This document shows, piece by piece, positions 39,993 to 54,002 of a DNA stretch of 64,000 bases. The translations under genes and the position numbers were made by a program. The notes beneath the pieces are model-generated. The model worked only from the letters and a program-made list of their open reading frames with translations. It searched no databases and was not told where the DNA came from. How positions within the stretch are numbered: the stretch's first letter is position 1; each line of letters begins with the position of its first letter. The DNA is from Octopus vulgaris. Its lineage: Eukaryota. Location: NCBI GenBank assembly GCA_951406725.2, contig OX597815.1, positions 204,104,001 through 204,168,000 on the forward strand, read 5' to 3'.

Positions 39993-40471
39993 GCATATAC
40001 TTCTTCCCTTTCTTCCCATTATCGTTGTCCTTATCCTTCTTACCATTGTTGTTGTTGTTCTCCTTCCTCTTCTTCCACTTCACCCTTACACTTTTCTCTG
40101 TGTATGCCACTTTCTGCCCCCCCCCCCCAACTCCCTATTTGCTATTAGATAATTGGATAAGAGCAATATTAAAAAGGTTCATTTGTTTTGGTCCTACTGA
40201 AATTGGACAGCCATTGATAGCTAAACTTCTTTTTTGGCTTACTCTTGTAGTTGTTGATGATGATGAAAATGATAATGCCGACGATGATTTTCTACATTGT
40301 TCATAATCAATTCAATTAATTAACGTGATGGGTATCTGACATAAATGTCCGTCATATCTAGATCTAACTATATTTATATATTTATATATCTCTATTACCA
40401 TATCTAACTGCATATATACATATATATATATATATATATGAATATATATATGCATAAATTTTTGCTTGTAC

Positions 40472-40508
<37 letters not shown>

Positions 40509-40522
40509 TGTATATGAAGTCA

Positions 40523-40746
40523 GAACGCCATGATAGACCGTTAGCTCCTACACGCATTTTTTCTCTCCTTTTTTCTCTCCTTGTTTCTCTCCTTGTTTTT
40601 TTCTGTGTATCTTTCAGTCGAAGAGCGTAGGCTCGAAACGTAAAAGACTTGTTCTATTTCTATTCTTGAGCGCCATACTAATACATTTGTTTGTTTGTAC
40701 TCCACCTGCCTTCGTCTGTTGTTTATTTTCGTAAACCTTCCCGTTA
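40523..40746 (+). mobile_element. ~220-bp dispersed element with a minimal hammerhead-like motif (solo pLTR-like)
   Basis: Homologous to 55251-55463 and 52051-52232; TCTTT-CAGTCGA-A-GAGC-gtag-GCTC-GAAA-CG-TA-AAAGA at 40610-40647. Confidence 0.7.
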
Positions 40747-40947
40747 TATATATATATACACATTTAGATACACGCACGTCTATTACCTAATCTCGATAAA
40801 GCAAATATGAGGCTCCAATAACACACATTACGATAGAGGTCAATATTAATATTTCCCTCCAGCTGTCCACCTTCTTTCTTTTTCTGCCGCTCTTTCGACA
40901 CACATACACACATACATAGATCTTATATAAATATATATATATTCGTA

Positions 40948-40984
<37 letters not shown>

Positions 40985-41102
40985 TCACATATTTATATAA
41001 ATATATATATATATTTATTTTTATATATACAAACATACATATATATATATATATGTATACATGTACACCCACACATTCACACACACATGTGTGTACGTGT
41101 GT

Positions 41103-41327
41103 AGGTTTCTTTGTTTATATGTATACTTGTATACGTGTGTGTAGAGAGCGTAGTGCATATATGTATATGTACCTCTTCATATATGAATAATGACTAATCG
41201 TTGTATATATCGCATCGTTATTATTCTTCGGTCCCTTTCTCTCCCCTCTTCCCCCTCTCTATTTTTGTGTGTGCATATATAAATATACACACATACATAC
41301 GTATATATATATAATTATATATAATTT

Positions 41328-41410
<83 letters not shown>

Positions 41411-41417
41411 ATGTATG

Positions 41418-41451
<34 letters not shown>

Positions 41452-41527
41452 TGTATGTATGTATACGTTTATCAATTTGTTATGCAAGATTCCTGGTTAG
41501 AAGTCGTGTGTTGAAATAGCTATCGTT
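41103..41527 (+). repeat. Local direct duplication, copy 1 (copy 2 at ~45536-45859)
   Basis: Colinear unique sequence plus embedded microsatellites, roughly 90% alike by eye. Confidence 0.85.
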
Positions 41528-41536
41528 GCATTTCGG

Positions 41537-41993
41537 GATGGTCATTTACTTTTGTCAAATAAACACACGCACTATATATATATATATATTATTCACTTGT
41601 TTATTACTGTTTACATTTTATCCTTTTAACTTATGTCCATTGTCCGGAAATCTTTCGTCACGCATCTCTGACCTCTTCAGTGACGTTTTTCGTTTCCTTG
41701 TGCATTCTTACTCCACATATCCCATTCTGTTCTTCGCTAATGGATCAGAATGGAGTAAGTGGGGCAAAACAGACAAGGAAACGAAAAGTGTCACTGAAGA
41801 GGTCACAGATGTGTGACAAAAGATTTCCGGACAATGGAACATAAGTTAAAAGGATAAAATATAAACAGTAATAAACGAGTGAAGAAAAATAAAAAAAATA
41901 CATATATAGTACGCGTGTTTATTTAGCAATAAATAAATAAATAAAATAAATAAAATTTGGCAATAAATAAATGAATAAAATAAAATGACCATC
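41537..41993. mobile_element. Second fold-back element with hammerhead-like motifs on both strands
   Basis: GATGGTCATTT...TTTCCTTGT is mirrored by ACAAGGAAA...AAATGACCATC; motifs at 41641-41685 (-) and 41789-41833 (+). Confidence 0.75.
41641..41685 (-). ncRNA. Minimal hammerhead-like motif
   Basis: CGTCA-CTGAAGA-g-GTCA-gagatgcg-TGAC-GAAA-GATT-TC-CGGACA; core intact, stem I imperfect. Confidence 0.55.
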
Positions 41994-42103
41994 CTAAAAT
42001 ACAATATGTGTGTATATATTTATATATATATACATATATATATATGTATATATATAGTTATAAATATATATGTATATATGCATGTGTGTACATACATACA
42101 TAC

Positions 42104-42612
42104 ATGGTGGCTGCCCCCTCGTTATCGAGTATGACCATAGCACGAAGTTGTTATCGTGCAATGCCTGTGCAAGAAGATTTCTTTTAAAGTGAGGAGAGGC
42201 TGTGCAGTGAGTCAATCCCACTCACTAAGCAACAGCAGCCATAATCTGAAAAGAAGAACAAGTCAACATCATCGGTAACCACTGAGCCGCAGGTTTTATG
42301 TCGGAGTTATCCCAGTTCCTTGAGTTACCTTCTCCTAGAACGATGCCCTAACAAAGGCTAGGAGTCCTTCACTCCCAATGGTTTAACCGCGCGATCGGGT
42401 ATTCAGTCCGATTATTTCTGTCCCCGCGCATGACACAGCTTTAAGACATTTATTGGATGGCCGTTGACTCTCAAGAGTTCCTCCGCCCTTTGACGGGTTT
42501 TGTTTTTCACCCCGCAGGGTGTCCAATAAACACCCTCCTCACCAAACAAGCTTTGTGGGGTTGCCGGTTTAGTCGCCGAAGACCCGACCATGCAACAGGT
42601 TGTACTGGGTTA
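42104..42612 (-). mobile_element. RTE-related non-autonomous retroelement (5' UTR plus tail)
   Basis: GC-richer block between (CATA)n tracts; the minus strand has GGGCATCGTTCTAGGAGAAGG (RTE 5'UTR-like) and ends in hairpin CTCGATAACGAG-GGGGCAGCCA; assignment from memory of RTE termini. Confidence 0.5.
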
Positions 42613-43122
42613 CATACATAATACATACATACATACATACATACATACATACATACATACATACATACATACATACATACATACGTACATACATACATCA
42701 CGCATATACACACATATATGTATATACAGAGCATGTTTGAGTGTACATGTGTTAGTATGGAACAATCGTTTCAGAAAATTCGAAAATGTATATTCGAGTT
42801 GCATTACATAATCAAGAGCAGTTACTTAAACGGTTATGTCATTGCATACTTACATATACAAACATATTTTAACATACGTATACTCACACGATTCCTCAAA
42901 AGGAAAATCAAGAAAACTGCAACTTCAGATAAGGACTCAATAGATAATTGGACAGAGCTATTATTTGTGAATACTTGAATGCTTTGTGTTTGTATAAGTG
43001 CCTTTCAAAAATAAGGATGTATTGAAACCCTTTCAATTATTACCACTAAGGTATGCACACACGTGTATCTATATATTATTTCATATATTATATTATATTA
43101 TGTTACATTACTTTATATTAAA

Positions 43123-43515
43123 CTAGCAGTATCGCCCGGCGTTGCTCGGGTTTGTAAGGGAAATAACTATATAAGCATTTTTAGAGATGTAAAGTATAAT
43201 AGCCATCTCAATATGGCTAACCACACAGGGGGGTGTTACTGTAGCTTTTTACGTTCTGAGATTTAATAATACATTTTTAGAGAGTTACTTCCCTTATATA
43301 TGCCAAAAATGCATTAAAAATGGGAAAAATTGATGGTAAATTTTTTTTTAAATCGTAGACTCATCGTAGACTCATCGTAGCCCAGAAGGGCTCGATATGA
43401 ATCACCACTATAAGATACCCGGTTTTGGTTAAACTGCACCGCAAAATGTGGGAGTAGTTAGGAATCTAAATCGTAGGAGACAGACAGCACACAACCATAC
43501 TTTTATATATAAAGA
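43123..43515 (-). mobile_element. Complete non-autonomous Helitron
   Basis: Reverse complement of the 18640-19037 family; A|TC...hairpin-CTAG|T. Confidence 0.88.
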
Positions 43516-43659
43516 TTACATTATATTATATTATATTGTAATATATAATATATATCATTCTAATTAGCTTTTTCTCTGACGAGTTCTTTCTCAGCTTTTC
43601 CTAGAGATTCTTTCTTCTCTTGTTTTATAAAACATATTTATGTAATTATTGGCATATAC

Positions 43660-43696
<37 letters not shown>

Positions 43697-43773
43697 AATA
43701 TGTGTGTGTGTATGTATATGTATGTGTATAAATATAGACAGACAGACAGACAGACAGATTGATAGATAGATAG

Positions 43774-43967
43774 TTTTTTTAATATGTGGTCTTAACTCTG
43801 ACAAGGATGTGCTTTCGCCTGTCGATATCCTTGGTGATTGTGAAGCTTAGCATTTGGAGAGACGGTGAAGGCTCAAATAGAGTACTGCTGATGATTGGCT
43901 GGGATTTGGTGCGGTAGAGATTGCTCGAAATGAGTATGCGTCCATTTGGGGATCTTGGGACATCAAA

Positions 43968-43970
<3 letters not shown>
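43774..43970 (+). repeat. ~197-bp copy of 50805-51003 inserted in a (GATA)n tract
   Basis: About 9 mismatches to the donor; (GATA)n on both sides. Confidence 0.9.
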
Positions 43971-44033
<63 letters not shown>

Positions 44034-44380
44034 GGATAATTTCGAGGGGACAATAGTTACGGTACCATAAAATACCAGTTAAATCTCCTTCAATCACACC
44101 CTACCAACTTAAAAAAATATATAGCCAAAATACGAAATGAATAATGTTTTACTTGACATACAAAAAGACGGAGCCGTCGCAATCGGAACGCCTTTTACCA
44201 TATCAGAAATGAATAAAAAATAACCGGGTTCGAGGGGTACGTGACAATTTTTTTATTGGTATCGTCACTTACTTCCATACCAATCAATTTTATGTCAAAT
44301 TTTCAAAATAATCAATTTCCTACTTCCTTTTGAGGTTAGTTGTTCTCGTCGTTGGTTTTTTATTGTTTTAACCCAAGTGG

Positions 44381-44760
44381 AAGCACTGCGTCGGTTACGA
44401 CGACGAGGGTTCCGGTTGATCCGATCAACGGAACAGCCTGCTCGTGAAATTAACGTGTAAGTGGCTGAGCACTCCACAGACACGTGTACCCTCAACGTAG
44501 TTCTCGGGGATATTCAGCGTGACTCAGAGAGTGACAAGGCCGGTCCTTTAAAATACAGGTACAACAGAAACAGGAAGTAAGAGTGAGAGAAAGTTGTGGT
44601 GAAAGAGTACAGCAGGGATCCCCACCATCCCTGCTGGAGCCTCGTGGAGCTTTAGGTGTTTTCGCTCAATAAACACTCACAACACCCGGTCTGGGAATCG
44701 AAACCGCGATCCTATGACCGCGAGTCCGCTGCCCTAACCACTGGGCCATTGCGCCTCCAC
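44381..44760 (-). mobile_element. tRNA-derived SINE family D with 12-bp TSD
   Basis: Head GTGGAGGCGCAATGGCCCAGTGGTTAGGGCAGCGG...GGTTTCGATTCCC; TSD TTTAACCCAAGT at 44367-78 and 44761-72. Confidence 0.9.
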
Positions 44761-45763
44761 TTTAACCCAAGTAGGCCCAGACCGACTAGTTCTGTGATCA
44801 AAAACTTTCAAGTCATGATAATTTTCTGGAATATTTTCAAATACAGAAATACTAGATTTCTAAATCACTCGTAGAGACATCTGTAACATGGTAGGGTTTA
44901 TCTGATAAATCTTGCTAGTTGAGTGAGAATGTAGCCGTTCCCTAGTTTGTATTATACAAAAATACATCGAGCCGAGTATTTAACAACGTCAGTGGACTAC
45001 CAGACATTGTTTCGGTGTGAATAAACCTTTTTAATAATAGACACCGTTTTAGTCTCATATCTCGATCAGAGCAATTATTCTTGTATATAAACTGTAAAAT
45101 ACATATTTAGTGCTATTTGGTGAGGTGTTGCCAAGTTGCAATCAATTTATAAGTACGCATGGCACGGTGATCAAAATAATGACATGAAAAATTATATTTA
45201 CTAGGCTCCCGTACACTAGAGCGTTTCGGATCTTTGCCTCGAAACTTTTGTTTTGAAGAAAAAATTATTTATTTAATATGTATTGTTCGCAATGTATTAA
45301 CAAACTACAGCGTATATTTTTATATCAGTCTTTTCTCACTGGAATACTTAAATTCTTCAATGAAAGCAAACGAAATGATCGTTACACACATAATGAATTA
45401 TTTCCTTGTTTGCAGCGTTGCGTGACACAGTTTCTATTGTTATATATACTAGCGGGACCCGTGAATATATCACTGAGTTAGTAATAAACCTTTTAGATTA
45501 TTCCTGAAAACTTTATCCAAAAAACCTGGAAAAATAGGTTTGTTTGTTTCTATGTATACTTGTATACGTGTGTGCAGAGAGTGTAGTGCATATATGTATA
45601 TGTACCTCTTCATATATGAATAATGACTAATCGTCGAATATATCGCATCGTTATCATTCTTCATTCTCTTTCTCTCTCCTCTTCCCCCTCTCTCTTTTTT
45701 GTGTGTGCACATATATAAATATACACACATATATACGTATATATATATATATATATATAATTA

Positions 45764-45796
<33 letters not shown>

Positions 45797-46313
45797 ACGT
45801 TTATCAATTCGTTTTGCAAGATTCCTGGTGAGAAATCATGTGTTGAAATAGATATCGTTATATCAACCTGTGTTGAGTCTATATGGAAAGATAGTCGCTC
45901 ATCTGCTATTCATTGAAAAAGGAAGGATATTGGAATGCGGTGATTACTTAAACTTCATACATATTTTATGCAAACTTTTAGCACACTTTATAAACTTTAT
46001 GCACAATTTTATTGACTTAATGCACGGCAGTCATAAAATAAATATTTATTTTATTTTGCCAATTTTTCGCATGAATAGAACAAATCACATTTCAAAATTT
46101 GCATGGTCACAATTTCATATCTAGAAAACAAAAAAATTATAGTAAAAAAATGATTCTATGTGTCAAAAAAAATTTATATGTAAAATATAGGGGTCACAAT
46201 TTCACGGTGGTAAAATTCAATGCAACAAGGCATCCTCTGAAAACCACTTTGTTGGTAACTTATAATCGAATGCGATTGGTCAGAGACAATACACATTTCA
46301 ATTTGGGTACACC

Positions 46314-46544
46314 TATTTCTTTACTACCCACAAGAGGCTAAACACAGAGAAGACCAACTAGGACAGACAAACGGATTAAGTCGATTATATCGACCCCAGT
46401 GCGTAACTGGTACTTATTTAATCGATCCCGAAAGGATGAAAGGCAAAGTCGACCTCGGCGGAATTTGAACTCAGAACGTAGCGGCAGACGAAATACAGCT
46501 TAGCATTTCGCCCGGCGTGCTAACGATTCTGCCAGCTCGCCGCC
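46314..46544 (-). mobile_element. SINE family B with 12-bp TSD
   Basis: TSD ATTTGGGTACAC at 46301-12 and 46547-58. Confidence 0.92.
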
Positions 46545-47094
46545 CTATTTGGGTACACTCGAATACTTCCTTGCAAACTATGTTCTTCGTGTAAGTTATT
46601 CTTCGTTCCCCTTGTTTGTCTGTGCTGATAACTTTAACTCTCACATCAAAATATTTGCGAGCCCTTGACAATGCAACATATAATTAAACATGGTCGAATT
46701 CAGATTCAGGCAAAAACAGCACCACTTTATCAAATGTATGCCCTTGTGATTTATTGATAGTCATTGCATGTGACAGACGAACGGGAAACTGGTTTCTTTC
46801 TAAAGTGAGTGGCAAGTTTGGGATGCGCATGCGTTTAGTGATAGGTGTTATAAAAAACTTAGTTCAATTTTTTGAAAAATTAGTTTTCACTATGCACTCA
46901 CCGTCGCACCTCCACGACCATCATCTCTCTCTCTATTTCTCTCTCTCCCTCTCTCTCCCTTTCTCCCCCTCTCTATCCTCTCTGTCCCCCCTCTCTCTCA
47001 TCATCAGAACATCACCCCTCTGCTAAAATTATATTCTTAACTCTGCTCTATATCACTATCTTCAACTAACTATTTTAACTATGCAATAAATATT

Positions 47095-47326
47095 TATTTC
47101 TTTATTTTCCACAGGAGGCTAAATATAGAGGGGACAAACAAGGACAGACAACAGATTAAGTCGATTACATCGAACCCTTTGCGTAACTGGTACTTTATTT
47201 ATCGACTCCGAAAGGATGAAAGGCAAATCGACCTCGGTGGAATTTGAACTCAAAACGTAACGGCAGACGAAATACCGCTAAGCATTTTGCCTGGCGTGCT
47301 AACGATTCTGCCAGCTCCTCGCCGCC
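47095..47326 (-). mobile_element. SINE family B
   Basis: Match to the family consensus. Confidence 0.88.
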
Positions 47327-48204
47327 CGCCCTTTTGTAATAAATATTACGTTCCCCCTTCCAAACGTCGTGGACGTTTCTCTCTCCGTCTTTTTTCTCAC
47401 CGCTTTTTCTTTCTCCCTCTTTCTGCCTCACTCTTCGCTGTATCCTCTTTTTCTCCCTCCCTCCCTCTTTTCTTTCTCTCTCTTTTAATCTAATCACGTA
47501 AAAGTGTTACCGACGAGCTAAGTAACGCAATGACAAGCAGAGATATTATAAGATACCGCTAGGTAGACTTAATCTCATGATAAGATGAGTTAGCTAATGT
47601 TCTTCGACAGACCGTTGAACCGTTTAATAATCAATAAACATTCATCCGATGTGTAACGTGTTGTATCTAAATTGTATAAAAACAAATTATCCGACTTTCG
47701 GTTAAATATATCAAATCAAGCTTCCGTTTAATTCAATTTCCATAAAACCGCGTGAGAAAACATTCCAGGAAAATTACCAAGGGAATATTAAAATAAAAGA
47801 TCTTATTGAAAGATAGCTTTTGACAATTTATCAGTCTCATTTGAACACGGAGAAACGCATTGAATTCCAAATAATATCAAAGTTTGTAGCCTTTGATTTT
47901 AAATAAATGTCCAGTACTTGATATATAGAAACCCCACAGCCATTTTTGCAGAGTACTGGATAATGGTTTCTTAACTAGACATTAAGCATGCAAGCAAAGA
48001 ACATGAAGTTATAATTTTGCCCGTAGACACAATGTATCAGAATATTAAATGATGCAACCTCTCTAAATATATTCCTTCCCAAACAGAGCCCTGCCAATAG
48101 CATCAAAAGAAAATAGTGCATGACTACTGCTGTTCAAAATCTGGACGAGGGACTGACAGTAAAAAAAAAATATAAATAGTTTCAAATTATCTTCATATAA
48201 TATA

Positions 48205-48352
48205 GGCGCAGGAGTGGCTGTGTGGTAAGTAGATTGCTTACCAACCACATGGTTCCGGGTTCAGTCCAACTGCGTGGCACCTTGGGCAAGTGTCTTCTAC
48301 TATAGCCTCGGGCCGACCAAAGCCTTGTGAGTAGATTTGGTGGACGGAAACT
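48205..48352 (+). mobile_element. SINE family A head only (3'-truncated)
   Basis: GGCGCAGGAGTGG...GGACGGAAACT, then unrelated sequence. Confidence 0.88.
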
Positions 48353-48419
48353 CAGAATATAAACAAGCTTTCTACCGATTCGTCATCATAAATCGCAAAA
48401 ACATGAAATAAACCTACAC

Positions 48420-48945
<526 letters not shown>

Positions 48946-49489
48946 TAGGTATGGATGTATATAATTTTCATTAGGAACATTCATTTTAATTGCTGAATTA
49001 AATAGGAAATGAAGAGTACGAATACTTATTGTTTTGTTAATATTATCAAAGTGTTAGAGGATTCAACTGGTGACTGAGATCAAATTGGAATCTTACCTCT
49101 TACTCTACATCAGTATTGTATTATTACCATTTTCTATGCTGAAACAACACACCATGTGGTGCGTAATCGATTTTATTGACTCCAGAAGATGATCGGTATG
49201 CAATTTATTAATTCTGAAATGAATGAAAGATAAACTCGACCGCCATAAGATTTCAGCTTAACTGAAAAGGACTTGACAGTATATCCCTGCAAAGAATTTT
49301 GTCTGGCGCTCGCAGGACCCATTATGTCAGTATCCATACATTATACACGGTATTCTTTGTAGTTTGTTATGTAGTGTCTTATGGCTTTGAGCTACAATTA
49401 TTCTGATATTCAATTATTCTTTAAGATTATAAAGACATTACCAGAACATTAGATCCTTATATGATATTTGCCTCATAACAAAACGATGA

Positions 49490-49490
49490 A

Positions 49491-49523
<33 letters not shown>

Positions 49524-49962
49524 TGCATACATACACACATACGTACAAACATACATACATACATAAATACATAAATACATACATACAAACATACATACAC
49601 ACATACATACATACATATACATACATACATACAATCATACATACATACATATATACATACATACATACAAACATACATACATACTTACAAACATACAAAC
49701 ATACATACATACATACATACATAAATACATACAAACATACATACATACAAACATACATACGTACATATATACATACATGCATACATACATACATACATAC
49801 ATACATACATGCAAACATACATACATTCATATATACATATAAACATACATACATACATACAAACATACATATATACATACATACATACATATATACATAC
49901 ATACATACAATACATGCATACATACATACATACATACATACATACATACATACATACATACA

Positions 49963-49992
<30 letters not shown>
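49490..49992. repeat. Degenerate (CATA)n microsatellite
   Basis: Direct reading. Confidence 0.95.
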
Positions 49993-49993
<1 letters not shown>

Positions 49994-50339
49994 TGTTCAT
50001 GCATAAAGCTAAACAATATTCTCTTTAAAAATCTTTTCTGAACATTGCAACATAACAACAGAAGTGTATCTACAATAACTACATATCGATAAAATGGAAC
50101 AAGATTTAAAAAATGATGTAAAAGGCAAAGTAAAAGGATGTTGTAATCAACAAAAATAAATGAATTTTCTGAGCAACTAGCAACAAGACTATTTCGAATA
50201 TCTGGGTTTACCTTCAATTAAATCACCCCCTGGTAAGTACAATAAAATCTTTGACACTATTCTTTATTTACTGAGTCAGGAAGAAAGATCATTGCCCGTG
50301 ATCTTCTGGGCTCTCCTCTCCGGTCTATTTCACTCTATT

Positions 50340-51060
50340 CATGATCCGTTTAAAGTGTTACAGCTCAACAGCATCAAAGGCAAGAGCAGTTCTTTCTTCC
50401 TAGAGAAGGCAAGTGTTCTGGAGAGAAATGAGTGGATATAATGGTTAGTGTAGAGCGGAAGGAGTTCGAAACACAGAGTGACGAGAGGTGAAGCAATGAG
50501 CAGTACCGGTTGCCTGAGGAGTGAAGATATGAGACCAGCAACTTCGAAGAATATTATAGGTGCGAGGGAATAGACGAAGAGAATCTTGTCCTTGGACCTC
50601 ATACTGAAGCATGTCCATTTGTGATTTAATTACGATTACTCTAGGGGCCTTCCTCTGCAAGGTTAAGGATACATGAGAATATAGCATCAGCAACACTGCC
50701 CCAGATGAGGAAGCAAAACACTATCTTAGTACTCACTTGAGCTTTGCATAATGTCAACAGTTGTCGGAAGCTGAAGTAATTTCTAGATCTAAAGAGAAAG
50801 TCCATTTTTTTTTAATATGTGGTCTTAACTCTGCCAAGGATGTGCTTTCACCTGTCGATATCCTTGGTGATTGTGAAGCTTGGCATTTGGAGAGACGGTG
50901 AAGGCTCAAATAGAGTACTGCTGATGATTAGCTGGGATTTGGTGCGGTAGAGATTGCTTGAAATGGGTATGCGGCCATTCGGGGACCTTGGGACATCAAA
51001 ATATTGTGTGTATGTAGTGAACACTTCAAATTGCTCCCCTGAGGATTAGTTGTGATTTAC
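50340..51060 (-). mobile_element. Decayed CR1-group (Zenon-like) LINE 3' fragment
   Basis: KKMDFLFRSRNYFSFRQLLTLCKAQV...CFLIWGS (cf. LYKAQVRP.MEYCSH.W) and NHYIHSFLSRT. Confidence 0.7.
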
Positions 51061-52050
51061 CATGTAATTGCACTTGGAATATTACTGCAGAGATTCCAAA
51101 ATACAACAACGTAGAATCGTACGGAGGGAATGAATAATATAAAATTGTGTTTATCCTAAATTCTCCGATATGTGTTCTGATATCATATCAAGGAATAAAA
51201 ACAGGTACATTAGTAACTAAACTGCTTTAGTGGAAGCAGACTGGACGATGAATAATTTAGGTGGAGCTCTAAACTCACTAGGATCTGCGCTTCATCCCAT
51301 TACTCCAACCAGTAACGAATTTCAGACCCGTGGTTTGTGCACCGTATCAGGCTATATGCACTAATCCACAACACTCCACATGCATTTAATGAAGAGGACT
51401 ACTTCACCAACCTGGGCCGCCGGATTGTCTTTTCACGGGGGCCATCACGACTCCTACGTTTGCCGTGAACAGGAATTAATCTTCTCTCTTTGCTCCTTTG
51501 CACCACATGGCCTCAACTCCCCCTCTCCTCTTTTTATCTGACACCTACTTCCTCTTTTCACTCTACCCTTCTAGCCTCTCCTCTGTTCTTCTGACACCTA
51601 CTTCCTCTCCTCGCTCCTACACACTTTCTCTCTTCATTAATACGCCCCTCCACCCACACCCCACACCTCAACGCCCCACTCCCACATGCCCCACCAATAC
51701 CTCCACCCCACACGCACATCCCTACTCCCACACCCCACACACCTGCACACCTACAGCACCACACCACCACACCACATCCACACCATTCAACATACACTAG
51801 CACTGACACTTCCCAGACCCACACATACACCATCACCTGTACACCCACAGACCATCATCCGCACACCCACGCATCCTCATCAACACACCCACACACTTAC
51901 ACACACACACACATCCACACGTCAAAGTCACTAGCCCCTATCTACACACATACTTACACATTCTCACATACACATACGCATGCGCACCTTCGTTTTGGGG
52001 TCACCAGTATTTTATTATCTCTCCTCTCAATCCTCTTTTTTCGCAACCAG

Positions 52051-52232
52051 TCGCCATGTTTGATTGCTGAAACCACAATTTTTTGTCTCTCTCTGTTTAC
52101 TTTCTCTTATTCCATTCTACTGAAGAGCGTAGCGACGATACGTAAAAGATTTTCTCATTTCCCGAGCGTCAAACTAATACACCTGCTTGTTGTTCATGCA
52201 GCTGTCTTCGTCTTTTGTTTTTCTGTAAATTA
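52051..52232 (+). mobile_element. Diverged copy of the ~220-bp HHR-like element
   Basis: TGAAGAGCGTAG..CGATACGTAAAAGA..GAGCGTCAAACTAATACA. Confidence 0.6.
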
Positions 52233-52761
52233 CGCCCACACCACACTTATTCACTAACACACATATCTGATACAAAGTAGGATATAATTTGTTGGTGATG
52301 AGCAGATTTTCATTTCAAAAATATCCAATAATGTACAAAAAGAAAATAATTGCTGATTAGACATAATTGCTGATTAGAGACAATTGATCAGTATAACATA
52401 TGAAATAATTAGTCTACGAATGAATGTATAATGTTTCCTAGACTTATACGTTTGTGCCTTATAAGAACTTATATGTTGCCGGGTATAGTATTATGTAACC
52501 GTTTCGTCCCTAATATTATTAACGTTTGATGGGGATATTTTCAGTATGAGCAAGGCAGATTCTCACCTACTCCTAAAAGACCTGCGAGCTGTCAGTTTAC
52601 TCGCTAGGTTATAAATGCTATTATGTTACTCCATTCATAAGTATATAAATTTACATATATACATATATACATATATAAATATATATATATATATACATAT
52701 ATATATGTATATATAATAGAAAGAGAGAGAGAGAGAGATGGGATATATATATGTATATTTA

Positions 52762-54002
52762 TCAGGTCATCCCATAAGTTCTGTTCGATTTTCCTTTTTT
52801 TAGAATTGAATGAAATTTAATAGTATTTTAGAATGTCTAATGGAATTTAAAATTATTTTTATGCATATGTGTACATTTAAACTAATTAAACATTATTTTA
52901 CAGAATAATGGAATTATAATTTCTGTGATTAAAACCCTTTCTAACATGGAAGTATCCAAAGAGCATTTGAGGCACATAATGCTTTACGAGTACAAAAAAG
53001 GATACTCTGCAGCCGAAGCGACTCGAAACATGAATTCAGTTTATGGGAAGGAATGCTTGAATGAAACTACTTGCAGAAGATGGTTTGCAAAATTCAGAAG
53101 TGGAGATTTCAGCCTTGAAGATGAAGATCGAACAGGGCGTCCAGTTGAGATTGATGATAAGCTCCTTGAGGCATTACTTGAAGAAAAGCATGCATTATCA
53201 GTTGAAGAATTGGCAATAAAGCTTACTTCAAACCATAAAACTGTTCATCGTCATCTTCAACAACCTGGAAAATGGGTGCCTCATGAATTGTCCGAAAGCA
53301 ACCACAAATCTCGAGTTGACATCTACTCTTCTCTCCATTCTCGTGAACTCATTTCACCCTTTTTGGATAGACTCGTGACTGGTGACAAAAAATGGATCTT
53401 CTATTGAAATGTTGAACGTCGTAAACAGCGGCTTCGTAAAAGGGAAAAGGCTCAATCACAACAGAGAAGGGAACTTCATGGGAAAACGATTCTTCTCTCT
53501 ATCTGGTGGGATTGCAAAGGAGTAATTCACTTTGAATTGTTACCATCTAATGCAACAATCAATGCTCAAGTCTACTGAACCAAGCTTTGAAGAAAACTAG
53601 ATCCGCTTTAGTGAATCGAAAAGGAGTGATGTTTCATCAGGATAATGCGCGACCCCCACTGCAAAGATCACATCACAGAAGATCGAAGAGCTTGGTTGGG
53701 AAACAAAATTCCTCATCCACCTTATTATCTCGATCTTGCTCCTTCAGACCACCATTTGTTTCGTAGTTTACAGAATGATTTGGGGGACATAACTTTCGTA
53801 AACCAGGAGGAGGTTTTCAGATCTCTTTGCTTTGAAACCAAAAGAGTTCTACACTGATGGGATTAAAAAGCTTGTAAATAGACGGAAGGAAGTCATAGAT
53901 AATTAGGGTAAGTACATTAATGATTAAATTTCAATTAAATATAACATTTGATCACTTGTTTTCTTTATTCAGAATTTGGACAGAACTTATGGGATGACCT
54001 GA
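52762..54002 (+). mobile_element. Near full-length mariner transposon (1241 bp)
   Basis: TIRs TCAGGTCATCCCATAAGTTCTGT / ACAGAACTTATGGGATGACCTGA, each flanked by TA. Confidence 0.95.
52946..53928 (+). pseudogene. Mariner (DD34D-type) transposase pseudogene
   Basis: MEVSKEHLRHIMLYEY..., WVPHEL, TGDKKW, HQDNA, YYLDLAPSDHHLF; stop at 53405-07 and frameshifts. Confidence 0.92.

Noticed and set aside
39167-40306. Longest ORF (379 aa) and overlapping poly-E/K/R ORFs
   Set aside because: Translation of a (CTT)n tract, open in several frames on both strands; no domain content
43885-43940. CTGATGA...GAAA inside the duplicated LINE piece
   Set aside because: No stem I or stem III pairing; chance motif in LINE antisense sequence
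44685-44760. tRNA gene candidates (also 1546-1610 and 57230-57302)
   Set aside because: They are SINE heads continuous with SINE bodies and lack a proper acceptor stem
44980-45025. Type II hammerhead-like arrangement on the minus strand
   Set aside because: The core reads CTGACGT and stem II does not pair
48358-48398. Minus-strand ATGATGA...GAAAGCTT minimal hammerhead relic
   Set aside because: Core and stems are too decayed to support a call
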